NCBI GenBank assembly: GCA_044892525.1
Contig: CM097885.1
Coordinates: forward strand, 74,586,001 to 74,650,000
DNA: 64,000 bases
Reading direction: 5' to 3'
Source: Schmidtea polychroa
Taxonomy: Eukaryota
Shown: positions 43,301 to 54,087 of the stretch, piece after piece
Numbering within the stretch: the stretch's first letter is position 1
Layout: each line of letters begins with the position of its first letter
The notes under the pieces: model-generated
What the model was told of the DNA's origin: nothing
The model's input: the letters and a program-made list of their open reading frames with translations, nothing else
The model's database searches: none
Program-made: the position numbers and the translations under genes

Positions 43301-44684
43301 TCCAGCCACATTTCAAAGAGCAATGACTTTGATGCTCATGGATGTACATCATGCGATGGTATACATTGACGACGTCATAGTATTCTCGCCAAATTTGGAA
43401 AAACACTTGGAACATTTGGAAGATGTGTTCAAGAGGTTGATCAATGCCAACATGAAAGTGAAACCAACCAAATGTAAATGGGCCGAACCAGAAGTGGTAT
43501 ATGTTGGCCATATTATATCACGAGACGGGGTTAAACCCGATCCAGCTAATGTCGAAAAGGTAAAGAATTTCCCGGAGCCTAAAACCGTTAAACATATCAA
43601 AGGGTTTTTAGGTCTAGTTGGATACTACCGAAAATTCATTAGAAACTTTTCGGTTATAGCTTTCCCACTCACGCAGTTAGAAGGCAAAAATGTCAAATTT
43701 GTGTGGGGAACAGAACAGCAAGAAGCATTTGATATGCTCAAGGAAAGACTCATCAAGCCACCTATATTGCAATTCCCAGATTTTGAGAGACAATTTTTGG
43801 TTATGACAGATGCCAGCACTCGGGGCATAGGTGCTGTGTTAGGTCAAAGAGATGACCTAGGGGACGAGTATGCAATTGCATACGCTAGCAGAGGGTTAAA
43901 ACCACACGAGAAAAACTACGCAGTGATAGAACTAGAGGCTTTAGCAATTGTGTATGCTATAACCCAGTTTAGGACTTATCTATGGGGTCGAAAGATCATA
44001 GTGTATACCGATCATAGACCATTACAGTGGCTGACGAAACACACAATGGATACATCAAAACTGGTCAGATGGACATTAATTTTACAGCCATATGACATAA
44101 AAATCCATTATAGAAAGGGAGATCATAATGGTAATGCAGATGCTTTATCAAGAATGGACCAGGAAGAAGAAGCAGAAGATATGAAGGAAGGACGTCTCGA
44201 AGGGATTATCTTCACACTGACTCGAGAAGCCAACCGGCTAGCTGATTTAATGGAGGCACAAAAAGCTGACGAAGAAATCAATGCCATTCGACAAGCTTTA
44301 GAAGCGAAATACGTGCCCACAGAATTCACGAAATACTGGGAAAAGAATAAAGATAAATTTGTGCTGGAAGAGGGATTAGTTAAATATTCAGATATACGAG
44401 ATAACGTTATAATGGTTCCTAAGAAATACCGTGAAGCACTCATGTTGCAGTATCACGATGGAGCCTTAGGAGGCCACCTGTCATCTAGAAAAACATTGTC
44501 GAGGTTAAAACAAAAATATTTTTGGCCCGGTATGAAACAAGATGTTAAAACCTGGTGTCAGACATGTAAGATCTGTATCACCAGAAGAAATACCGGAAAG
44601 AAACCACACGTACCGATGAAGCCGATGCCAGTACCATCTACACCTATGGAAATGACGGCAATGGACGTGTTGGGGCTTATATGA
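40383..44684 (+). CDS. pol: Glycoprotein C-half + TM + protease + RT + RNase H + integrase N-terminus in one open frame, element 2
   Basis: continuous ORF joins env TM to VIDSGAD, YIDD, TDASTRGIG, HDGALGGH..CQTC; ends at MDVLG. Confidence 0.92.
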   Translation, partial: KDKKTKCGKRVYETNYKGIFLSREYIRNSKVLHVKDIKITNYINNKVDYLYHDLQGQMQDMYQEVILNDCKLNREIVRNRLAISIVNPELVTPMLLEDGMFGRIMGEAIYSYECKPVEVQLARFDQCTLELPVFYQGKLRFVMPVTRKLLEENAKPQPAICNPAISPLYKINDTWISLPERKPSTRRVETLEATKLKDNLEFESLDELAKGGIYTPDDIEEARRTLQFPQIRDRGITEIIRTIYHDSLIRPDYNLLFGPEHYKEAAKNVMMKIWGRFTNFGIFVAGCLGIYAIFVILKLIITQLMSTYSIFKIGGWSWKLLLGLCPMCAEFALFKHHRKEIKEIRQKHLVKHEVIGTEMEEYSSYRDDNNSKGGGNGGSRETSSRTNQSRKQKYNKKPIQQQRKSRFKEYLPPYDQSKEIYVRKQSSEGEYDSSDQKFDIRSPRFKKSPRYVQLPTLRSLPSAPNEGREHSKETTLRTGLHQWKIGEDTIFNNLTCSILPELPKVHYPKEALESIKAKFKEYNPQLSDPELLEAEQTRANTIGISHDTILMVNNPVNLDKKPMIKIRVNRHTVNAVIDSGADGTIIEAKLLNHHELQSLKPAGVKLTGANGSSLNVIGSLSCQIKLCDQELHHDIIVMRSLPAEGLLGMDVLKRLRGVVFDCASGLLIRARGKKRKIYNDDTAYIDHTTIIPPRAETVCFVATSNNWEGEVVFEPDERFSEKYNIPVTHSVGLIVNGRIPIRVTNLDIKPLYLYPDTRVGRIWKQNEPQATREGSILTVKAEERDPDIEYYDAPTANSKVLTRKENIQVNMLLRKYDQVFAKHEYDLGKTNLLEHEIVFTNTKPIKLRPYRIPFSLEESVDKQVKLMLKHGIIRHSKSPYQSPMIVVAKKDGSVRLCNDYRMVNEATCIDSHPLLLLDYIYGRMRNARFVSVMDAQKGFYQIKLKDETIPITAFSTSMGHYEYNVMPFGLTGAPATFQRAMTLMLMDVHHAMVYIDDVIVFSPNLEKHLEHLEDVFKRLINANMKVKPTKCKWAEPEVVYVGHIISRDGVKPDPANVEKVKNFPEPKTVKHIKGFLGLVGYYRKFIRNFSVIAFPLTQLEGKNVKFVWGTEQQEAFDMLKERLIKPPILQFPDFERQFLVMTDASTRGIGAVLGQRDDLGDEYAIAYASRGLKPHEKNYAVIELEALAIVYAITQFRTYLWGRKIIVYTDHRPLQWLTKHTMDTSKLVRWTLILQPYDIKIHYRKGDHNGNADALSRMDQEEEAEDMKEGRLEGIIFTLTREANRLADLMEAQKADEEINAIRQALEAKYVPTEFTKYWEKNKDKFVLEEGLVKYSDIRDNVIMVPKKYREALMLQYHDGALGGHLSSRKTLSRLKQKYFWPGMKQDVKTWCQTCKICITRRNTGKKPHVPMKPMPVPSTPMEMTAMDVLGLI

Positions 44685-45375
44685 TTTAAAAGCGGAGACG
44701 GATTATAAACTGCATGTCGCAGCATCAAGGCTATATCAGAGTGGTTGGTATACCTATCACGTATCAAATTGGATCCTACGGATGGCAGATTTCACAAATC
44801 GCATATCGATTTCTTACGAAAGGGATAAAGTAAAGTTTAGCCAGCAAATTAACAGGGAGGAGAAAGTGAAAATCAGCATTCGAGACGGATCAACCACGAG
44901 AGGAACATTATGGTTAGACCAGAACTTTCCCTCCCAAGAAATGTATCTAAATCAGTCAGTAGAATATTCGGTTTTAGTTATATACTATAGTCCGAGGAAA
45001 CGGGAAGACGATAGGTGGTTCGAGGTATTTGAGGAGATTCTACCTCTGAAACAGCCGGTTATAACGAAAATACCACCAAAAGTAGTCAGAGAGAACATGG
45101 TGATACATCCCGAAATGTGGCAACATCTTAGACAATTGTCACCTATCAAACAAATATCTTGTCAAACGCCCCCAAACCTGACAAACTGTTGTGATTGTAA
45201 TGCCATCACAAACTTTAATGCAGGATATATCCTGAAAATACCCGTTGGGGTATGGATTACGGTATCGGCCGTACTATCGCTAGTAACTACACTGATAGCT
45301 ATGGGTATTTGGACCAAGCTATATTTTAGACAAGCCATAAGAGCTTACGATGGAGTACTGATGTCGCAATTATGA
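44677..45375 (+). CDS. Remaining FN3-like ectodomain + TM, element 2
   Basis: YDLKAETDYKLHVAA FN3 motif; IPVGVWITVSAVLSLVTTLIAMGIW TM. Confidence 0.65.
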   Translation, partial: LYDLKAETDYKLHVAASRLYQSGWYTYHVSNWILRMADFTNRISISYERDKVKFSQQINREEKVKISIRDGSTTRGTLWLDQNFPSQEMYLNQSVEYSVLVIYYSPRKREDDRWFEVFEEILPLKQPVITKIPPKVVRENMVIHPEMWQHLRQLSPIKQISCQTPPNLTNCCDCNAITNFNAGYILKIPVGVWITVSAVLSLVTTLIAMGIWTKLYFRQAIRAYDGVLMSQL

Positions 45376-45575
45376 CAATTACAGACTCCCCCGAGGGAAA
45401 AATCATATATAAATATTTATATATATATATTAAAATCTATATTTACGTAGAGCTCCAGGTAGCATTAAAATTCAGCATATGTAGATCTTTTATAATAAGA
45501 CTCATGCATATCTTTTTAGCCTATTATGGCATATCAGTATATCTGATATTATGGTTAATGATTTTTATTTCAGGA

Positions 45576-47667
45576 ATGCAGAGCCATCCAATATCCCAAT
45601 ACCAAGGAAGACATAGCATTATACGTGCTACGACCTTGCTAAAGGAAAAACTTATTTACAAAAACCTGGAGAAGCAGGTTATGGAGCAAGGTAGAAAAGG
45701 CCAAAGGCACTGGTTTTACGGTCATTGTTCAGGCATACCCAATAATTTCAAATTTGACGAGGCCCCAAAGCGTCAAATGATTATCTCAAGAATCCCGGGC
45801 AAGTATAACGGCAGTATTAGGCTTACCGAGGTCATGCCTGAGTTTGGCAGACATAGTCTGACCAACCACCTGTGGATACACGCCATTAACAAACCAATTA
45901 CGGTTTATCTTCCTGGCGCCACAAACCCTATTTTGCTACAAAAGCACACTACCCTCGAAATATAAAACGGGGACGGAAGGGAAAAGAACATCTCACTGTT
46001 ATGTGAAGGTATAGATACCATCATAGCAATGGAAATCCTGGAACCTCACAGAGAAACACAAACGAAATGGGTTAATGACCCAAACTGGACATATAATGTC
46101 AACGATAACGACATTAAAACATTTAAGTCCTTTGTTAGACAGCGTTTGGACCCTAGACAAGAGGATAACCTCACCATTTTCGTAGCAGCTCACTACACTA
46201 CACTACGACAATTCCTGAAACCTCAATCGTGGCCATTTCAATCTCACATTTCAATGGCGATCTGATACTCAACACGAGAGTCACCCCCAGAGCACAGGTC
46301 AAACATTACCAATCGCATGCGCATGGTATGACCGAGAAAGAAATAATAGGACAGTTCGACGGAGAAGACTGTGCCGAACGAATCAGGAAAATCTGCGATG
46401 GGAAAATCATCGTGGGATTGCTAGTAAAGGACCTACTAGAGGTTATTAGATTCCCAATGCAGCACGCTCTCGGAATCCGTGAGTTAGGCGCAGCTAAATG
46501 TCTCGAAAGTAGGGACGTAAAGAAATGCAACGGGTATTACCGTTTGGCATATTTGGCAAAGGCAGTCACCGGTAAAGAAGCACATCACTTCTCGGATCTT
46601 CAAACGGAGAATGATGTAACTACCATCAAGGAGATTTACGATAATCTACGAGACATCTGGGTCGACGACATTTCACCGGACACCCGGAAAGAGGTGGTGT
46701 CTTCTCAAATCAAGCAGATGGAACCCGGTACCTCAAGCAGGCAGAAACCACTAGCTATGGAGAGCTATGTGAAAGAAGATATCTCCAGGACAAAGTTGCT
46801 GAAAATAGTGGAAGAAGATTCCTTGTCGCCGCCAGCCATTTCAATTGCTGATGAAGACGACTATGCCACTTGTGAGAGTGCAGACGATAACTGCCTCCAA
46901 GTCACCCTTACCAATAACGGTAAAGTGGTGAATTCGGCTAAAATGGAAGTAGAAAAACCCCAGCCAGCAGAAAAGTTAGTTGAACGGGTCACCAAGATCC
47001 TGAAAGGGTTGGCCCCGTTGGGTGAACCCAAACACGGAGCCGAAGGAGGATCATTACCGCAAGTTGTAGCTCCATTACTTAAGCTACAAGACTTGAAGTT
47101 TAAAAAGAAACCAACGGAGAACCCCCCCCCCCCCCCCAGAAAGAGGACAAGGAGAAAAATGTTCCTACAAAGAGGAAAACGGAGATTCCTAAGAGTACGA
47201 AAAAGAAGATGCCTAGGATATCCATCCAAGATGAGGATGACGATCTCCTAGAAACCCACTATCAGCCACCAGATCCTGCGTTGACCAAGATATTGGCAAC
47301 AAAGAGTGAACCCACGATTTCAGGAGAACCTATTATCGTAAAGGAATGCGAGTTCGTCGGAAGGGGCAATTCAATCAAAATACGGGAAGACCTCGACAGG
47401 GAAGATCCTAGTTGATGGCAGAGACCCGACAGCAAATGGAAACCGCGTATCACGGAATACGACGGAGGCCCAATCCATGAAGTAGCCGTATCCAATTTCC
47501 CCGACTACGGAGTATTGGAGGCTAATGAGGGCTCATATACAATCTCCTCAATTGTGTACAAAGAGGTAAGTACACGGGAGACTTTGGTGGTCAGTTACAG
47601 ACCTGACATTGTAGAACAAAGGATCCGTAACGAAAGTGCCAAGGTCATGAAAAGGAGAAAATACTAG
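45576..47667 (+). pseudogene. 3' ORF with degenerate DEDDh exonuclease-like domain, element 2 (stops at 45963 and ~47413, frameshifts ~46195 and ~47130)
   Basis: LWIHAINKP, DTIIAMEIL, VTPRAQVKHYQ, RIRKICDGKIIVG, RPDSKWKPR all align to element 1 3' ORF. Confidence 0.7.
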
Positions 47668-47966
47668 CAATTCGGCTATGTGTTCAATGGACCTAGCAAT
47701 TTGCTATACGTCCTCAATCCCAACACCTTCGACAACTCAATCCAATCCAGATATTCAAATTGATAGACATTATGAACAACATTTGATTAATCTGATTTTT
47801 AATTTTGTTTAACAATCTTTGATTATTTTGAATTTGACTTTGATTACTTTATGTATATACATTTTATTCAGTTGTTTTATTTTATTTTTATATTTTTTTA
47901 TTTTTTATGTATTGGCTGCAATTGTCTTGTCTTTCCCGCTTTAATTTTCGGGACGAAAATCTTGTT

Positions 47967-47976
47967 AGGGGGAAGA
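47967..47976 (+). other. Polypurine tract of element 2
   Basis: AGGGGGAAGA before TGTTAGGG. Confidence 0.8.
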
Positions 47977-47978
47977 CA

Positions 47979-49169
47979 TGTTAGGGTTCAGTAGGAACCG
48001 AAATTGAAGGTTCGAAATTAAATAATAATTAAAATAATAATTAATTACGAGAATCTTATTGAGAATCTTAAAAAACGAATTAATTTACGTCTATATAATA
48101 ATTCACAAAAATTATTAACATATACATCCAAACCATCTTTTAAAAATCAACTAGGATTGACGATAACCTCATATCTGTTTTGTTGAGGAAAGAGTCAGTG
48201 TGTTTAGTTTAGACCTAGTTACATTGGTCAAACAGTACTGTCTTAACTCAGAATGTATCAGTTGTAATATGAAGATCTTCTAAAATATCGCAATGAATTT
48301 AATTGTGATATTAATATTGTAGGTGGGGACACTGACTCCATCTTCTTGGAAATTAAAAATCTGTCTTTAAATACTCTTTTACCGGCGATGGTTAGGGATC
48401 AATTATTAGATACGTTGAACCCCAATCATCCATTATATAGTGGAAACCTGGATTCTGTAATAGGCAAGTTTAAGAATGAGAATAAGGGNNNNNNNNNNNN
48501 NNNNNNNNNNNNNNNNNNNNNNNNNNNNNNNNNNNNNNNNNNNNNNNNNNNNNNNNNNNNNNNNNNNNNNNNNNNNNNNNNNNNNNNNNNNNNNNNNNNN
48601 NNNNNNNNNNNNNNNNNNNNNNNCGAAATTGAAGGTTCGAAATTAAATAATAATTAAAATAATAATTAATTACGAAAATATGAAGTAAAATAAAAATAGT
48701 ACTTTAAAATTACCAAAAATAGAAATTAAATACTAAAATTAAAACTAAAATATAATTAGTAATAAATAATTACTAAAAATAGAATTATAGAAATTATTTA
48801 AAAATATATAATAAAAATAGTAATTAAACAATTACTATTAATAGAATTAGGAAAGTAAAAATTATATAAATAGCAGATGAAAATCAGATGAAGGGACGGA
48901 AAAATTAGAGACAAGCAAGTCAGAAGGGAATCACAATAGTTGAAAATAGTAACGATCAAATCAATTTAATTCGGCAAGGAAAATTCTTGACATTTGGCAT
49001 TCAACATAAATTTTGGAAATTTCATTTCGTCAATTAGATCAGGAAATTTTCATAGGAATATCGATCATAAACTAAATTTGTTACTGGAATTATTTATTAC
49101 GAAATTCTTCGGAGCCATAGAATATTTTTATCAGTTACTTTTTGTTATCAATTTCCAAGTAATTTTGAA

Positions 49170-49210
<41 letters not shown>

Positions 49211-49617
49211 TTATTTAAGTTAAATTAATTCATAAATAAGGGATATTATAACGTCATCACTAATTTTTGTGTTGTATCATTATTTGAAAAAGAGTTAACC
49301 AATTCTGGGTTGACTCTATCGCGTAAAATTTGGTGATCTTCCCTATCTTTTTCCTTTCACTTATATCGGGCTGTTGGCGCATTTAGAGCCAGCCTTGATT
49401 CGTAGAAATATTCTTCAGGGCGGTTTGCATAACCGTTTTCTTTTCTTCAGAGAGCAGCGTGAATAATTTGTACAAATAAACAATCGTGTAATTTTTATCA
49501 TTAATAAATATTGTAAATCATATTTCTTATTTATTACCTATACGCATAAATTATTTATTTGGAGTCAGATAGAACGTTTTTTGTGTTAGTTCGACTACCT
49601 ACCTATCGAACTTAACA
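47979..49617 (+). repeat. 3' LTR of element 2, interrupted by a copy of the 5' flank (48059-48488) and an N gap (48489-48623)
   Basis: 47979-48050 matches 35334-35405; 48059-48488 matches 34799-35229; 48624-49617 matches remainder of 5' LTR. Confidence 0.9.
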
Positions 49618-50149
49618 ATAATATTATTATTAATAATAATAAAAAAAAATCAAATTTTATTTTATGATATCGAACTGGCTTCTTGCCGAAGGGGAGATTA
49701 ATTCTCACCCTTAAGTAATCTGCAGCTTTTATGTAACATATCCTCAGATGCTAGAGTTAAAATCTCCCACATCAAATGTGTTTTCTCCAGAACGCTTCAA
49801 TCAGGCTGGGTATCGGATAATTATGGTAAGCCATGGCCATCATGAAACTCTGGACATTGGCTCATTCATTTACTGGGACGATCGAAGGGTATTATTCATT
49901 CAGTTTATTCGGGTTATTCGTATCCTTTAAGTCTGGCGGATAATCAATTTAGGTAAAATCTAAAACGGTGATAAGTGTTATTGGAGTAGGAAGACTCCGT
50001 TTGTGGGTTTTATAGCGTTTATAAATTAATACTTATTATAATATGAAATGAGAAAAGGTAGTTCAAGATTGATGGTGTTATAATAAATATATAAACAACT
50101 AAAAAGTATTATCAAAAGGCGGAGTCCATACAAGGAAATCCTACATTAT

Positions 50150-50863
50150 TTACCTATTGCTAATATTAATCAAACTTTCTTCTATATATTCATCATCATT
50201 AATAGAGTCTGAGGTTTTAGTTGGCTTTTCGCTTAAGGGTTTTTTTATTTTAGGTAGTTGTTCGAGTTTTTTTATATTTTCAAGTTTATTAATAAAGGGC
50301 AATCTATTATCCCTTTCGTCTGATAATATATTATAGTAGGAGTAAGATTCTGCATCAGTCATATATGTCTCAAAAGGTGGATTTCCTATATTTTTAGTAC
50401 AAACAATTTCAAAAAACAAGTTATGGTATTCTTTACGCACCTCATCTATATAGTTTGGGTTATTATCATCAGAATCGGAATCTACATTCGAGTCGTCTTC
50501 ATAATTTGATTTATCATCTTTATCAGTTTCAGGTTCAATTAAGCTATCATCAATTAAGCTGATATTACAGGTATTGGTCAAGTTATTTTTCGCTATGTTG
50601 ATTGGTTCATTTACAGGTTTGGAAATTATGGTTTGGGCTATTAATTTGGTAGTATCACTATTAGTTGGATTTTCGTTAGTTATGATGGTGGTAATTGGTA
50701 TAGTTGGTATTACCTTAGCTTTTTCTTTTTTAAAAAAGTTATCATCTCTTATATTCTCAGCATTTGTTATAAATGTTTCATATCGCATATTAAATCTTAC
50801 TTTATTTTTTCTACGCTGAAATATTTCATTGACACTTGGGAGTTTTTTAGGGATTGGTGTCAT
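50150..50863 (-). CDS. Orphan 237-aa low-complexity acidic/Thr-rich ORF, product unknown
   Basis: open frame of 237 codons in AT-rich DNA; no recognised motif. Confidence 0.35.
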   Translation of the reverse strand: MTPIPKKLPSVNEIFQRRKNKVRFNMRYETFITNAENIRDDNFFKKEKAKVIPTIPITTIITNENPTNSDTTKLIAQTIISKPVNEPINIAKNNLTNTCNISLIDDSLIEPETDKDDKSNYEDDSNVDSDSDDNNPNYIDEVRKEYHNLFFEIVCTKNIGNPPFETYMTDAESYSYYNILSDERDNRLPFINKLENIKKLEQLPKIKKPLSEKPTKTSDSINDDEYIEESLINISNR

Positions 50864-51160
50864 GTAATGTGGTCTTGGTAAATTAATATATATATTGAGG
50901 TTTTAGGTTCCCATATTTTAACGGTTTGTTTTGATTGAGAGTATGGTGGATTGATGGGGTAATTTACCTTGGGTGTCATCTGATTTATAGTTAGAGTTTC
51001 CTTAATATTCTTATATTTTGGGTTGACATTTTTTGGGAATTGGCCGTAGGCCGATGAGCTGCGTCTGCTCGAAAAGTTTTCCGATCATAATTAACATATG
51101 CTGGGAGCCGGCAGGAGGTCGTATTGGTCGTATTGGTCGTTATATAATCATTATTAATCT

Positions 51161-52220
51161 TGTTGAGGTATGTAAATTAAAATTAAAAATTTAAATAAAA
51201 TTTAGGATAATAATTCAAATAGAAAGTAAGCGAAGAAAAAAGACAAACAAAAGCGGGATCGCGCACAGAATCATTAGCAAAGGAAAGTGTGATGGAAACA
51301 GTATTAGAAAATGTCAAAAGCAATTACGAAAGGCAAGAATCCGGAAATCCGAGAAAAATCAATAAATGGAAAAATCATCGAAATCGAATGTGAAAAATGG
51401 GACAGGTATAGATTAGCTAATGGTCAACAAGATGATGGTAAGGGATTTATCAGAAAATGGTTAGGAAGGGTCGAAAAACATTCAAATGTATGAAAACAGA
51501 AAAAGTTAATTAATTAATTAATTGGCTAATGGAAAACCCGAGCTAATGGGAAACCCGAGCCAATGGAGAACCCGAGAGATAAAGGAAACCCGAGCTGGGT
51601 AAACAAGAAGAAAGGCAAACAAAAGGAAGATTTGGGCCCATTAGCTTGACACAATGATTAATGGGAAAAGAGTAAGAAGAAGATAGCGCGCGTAGGAAGA
51701 CCGGTAGGACCATTAATTATCTGGATTCGTTGGACCATTATGGGTGACAGCCGAAGCAAATACGTAGGAGCAAATGTCAACCGAAAGATTGGCTCGGCAA
51801 TAACCATTTGTCATTCTGATTTCGAGGAGTATATAAGCAAAGAGAAAATCAGAGAAAATCGGCATTCTGCCTCAGCTAGGGTTCGAAGAATTAGACTGTA
51901 GGAAAAGCGGGTAGACGAATTAGGGAAAGTAGGGAAAAGAAGAAATAAAATTGTGAATACGAAAAGGTGAAAAGGAATCAAACCAAACAGAAACCGAGGA
52001 AAACGTGAATCGAGAGAATCTAAAGGACAAAAAGGTGACTGTTATTTGTTTGCAAAGCATCAACGCCGAGCGGAGAATCGTATAAAACTTTGATTGGTAA
52101 TTGTAGCGTGATAATAAATTGTGAACCTGTAGTTTCAATATACGTTGGGTCGTTCATTGTTTTGATTTAAAGAACACAGGAGTCAGAGAGAACCGACTTG
52201 AAATAATCCAAAACCCAACA
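51161..52220 (+). repeat. 5' LTR of element 3 (1060 bp), with 4 AACCCGAG repeats at ~51535-51595
   Basis: TGTTG...CAACA inverted termini, length like the other LTRs, followed by PBS. Confidence 0.75.
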
Positions 52221-52227
52221 TATATTC

Positions 52228-52245
52228 TGGTGAGCCCGACGGGAT
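52228..52245 (+). promoter_or_regulatory. Primer-binding site (tRNA-Trp), element 3
   Basis: TGGTGAGCCCGACGGGAT, 17/18 identical to element 2 PBS. Confidence 0.85.
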
Positions 52246-52389
52246 AGAGAGTCGGCTGAGAATCATTGAAAGTAGTGAAAATTTGTGAAAATAGTGCTAA
52301 CGAGATTATTAAAGACTATTATTGGGAGATTTAAAAGAAGTTGAAAAGTAATTTTAAATTATTGTTTAACGTTTGAAGTTTAGCTCAAA

Positions 52390-53732
52390 GTGAACCGATA
52401 CAACCTCAGAAGTCAGAAAAAAGTCCAAATGGCAAATGATAATGCTGTTATGCCTCTCAATAGAGAGATGATTGATTTCGCAAGTTGCCAGAAATTACCC
52501 GTCAATCAATATGGAGGAGACCCTGTTGAATTTGCAGATTTCATGGGAGATTATTATATGTACGCCTCAGCATACGGATGGACACAAGCCATTATGGTTC
52601 AGAGATTCCCACTCTATCTGAAGGGTGCGGCAAGAGAAGCCTGGCAGCAAGTCGACAAACGGAATGTTGGCAATGATTGGACCAAATTGAAGGATGCAAT
52701 GGCACTGAAACTGGTTGGTGGAGATATCAAAAGAATCATGCGACAGAAGTTTTATAATCGAGTTCAAGGTCCAGATGAATCGGTCAGTGAGTTTGCTTAT
52801 CATCTGACAACTTTAGCAGATAAAGCCTTTGAAGTTAAACCAGACCAAGCAGATATGGCCAAGCAGGTTAAAGAGCTGTTAGAAGATCAGTTTATAACCG
52901 AGTCCACTCCGAAATTAAAAAAGCCCTATGTTATGTGGATTTTTCCAATTTCGATGAGCTCGTGAAGAAAGCCATGAAGATAGAGCTGAATTTAAAAAGT
53001 GCAAAAAGATCAGATGCTTTTGGAGTCAATGTGGAGAGACGTTAGCGATCAATTACGCCTGTGAGAGCACCATGGGATGAAAAGAAAATAAATCAAATCA
53101 GTAGCCCAATTTTGAGACCAAATAATAGATTTCAAGCCAGTAGATCAGCCATGAACGTACAATCAAATAGACAGATAAATAATCCTCAATGTGAACATTG
53201 CAAAAAGTCTGGACACTACTCAAATCAATGTTGGTTCAAATATGGGAAAAATCCCAGCCCTAACAAGAGATTCACAGATAACAAAAGGATCAGAAGTGAT
53301 GTCGAATGCTATCGATGTGGAAAGAAAGGGCATATTAGCAGAAACTGTTTCACTAGATCAAGATCATCGTCAACGTCACCTTCACCATAAAGGGACAAAG
53401 TGAATACAAATGGACAGATCCAATGTCATTCGTGCAAGGGATACGGCCACATGGCGCGATCATGCCCAAGGAACTCAGAAAGATTCAGCAGACCTATTTT
53501 AAAGAAATTGATCAGATTCCAAGAAGATATGCCAAACACCAGCAATATGAAATATGCTCAGAGAGAGGAATTTCAAGACAAAATGGAAAAGGAATTTCGA
53601 GAAATGCGACAGAAGCTGAACAAACTAGTGACTAAATTTGAATCAGATGAGGAAACTGAATCTCATATGATAATTGGAACCGTGTCAGAAGGTGAGGGAA
53701 AACCCGCCACGAAAGTGCGAAAGATCGCATGA
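52390..53732 (+). pseudogene. gag: Gag with 3 CCHC knuckles, element 3 (frameshift ~52900, stops ~53044, 53388, 53730)
   Basis: FPLYLKGAAREAW, FYNRVQGPDESV; CEHCKKSGHYSNQC, CYRCGKKGHISRNC, CHSCKGYGHMARSC. Confidence 0.88.
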
Positions 53733-54087
53733 GATGAGAATCCAACTGCACTGTTAGCCCGAGTTGAAAAATGGCTTGAGAAAATGGAAACTGACAACTC
53801 CCAGTTGAAACGATGGATCGCAGAACTCAGTGTGATGTCAACTAAACCAAAGTGAACTAAAGAGAGCCATAAATTTATGTGCAAAGTTATTCAAAGGAAA
53901 CAGAGACGATGAGATACTTAAACAAATGCAAAGGTTTGGCAAGGCTTTACGGTCAACAAGGGATTTAGCTGATATCATAGTGGAAACGACGGGACTTGAT
54001 AATATGAAGTGCCAATTCCGTGTAAATGCATACTGACAAATCAGAGAGCTAAAGGAGCGAATACTGCATCAATACAGCGGATGGCAA

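Larger units (their letters stand above)
35334..49617 (+). mobile_element. Element 2: near-complete env-bearing Gypsy element with integrase-core deletion
   Basis: two near-identical LTRs, PBS, PPT, ATAA on both flanks (possible 4-bp TSD, ambiguous in AAT tract), same domain order as element 1. Confidence 0.95.
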
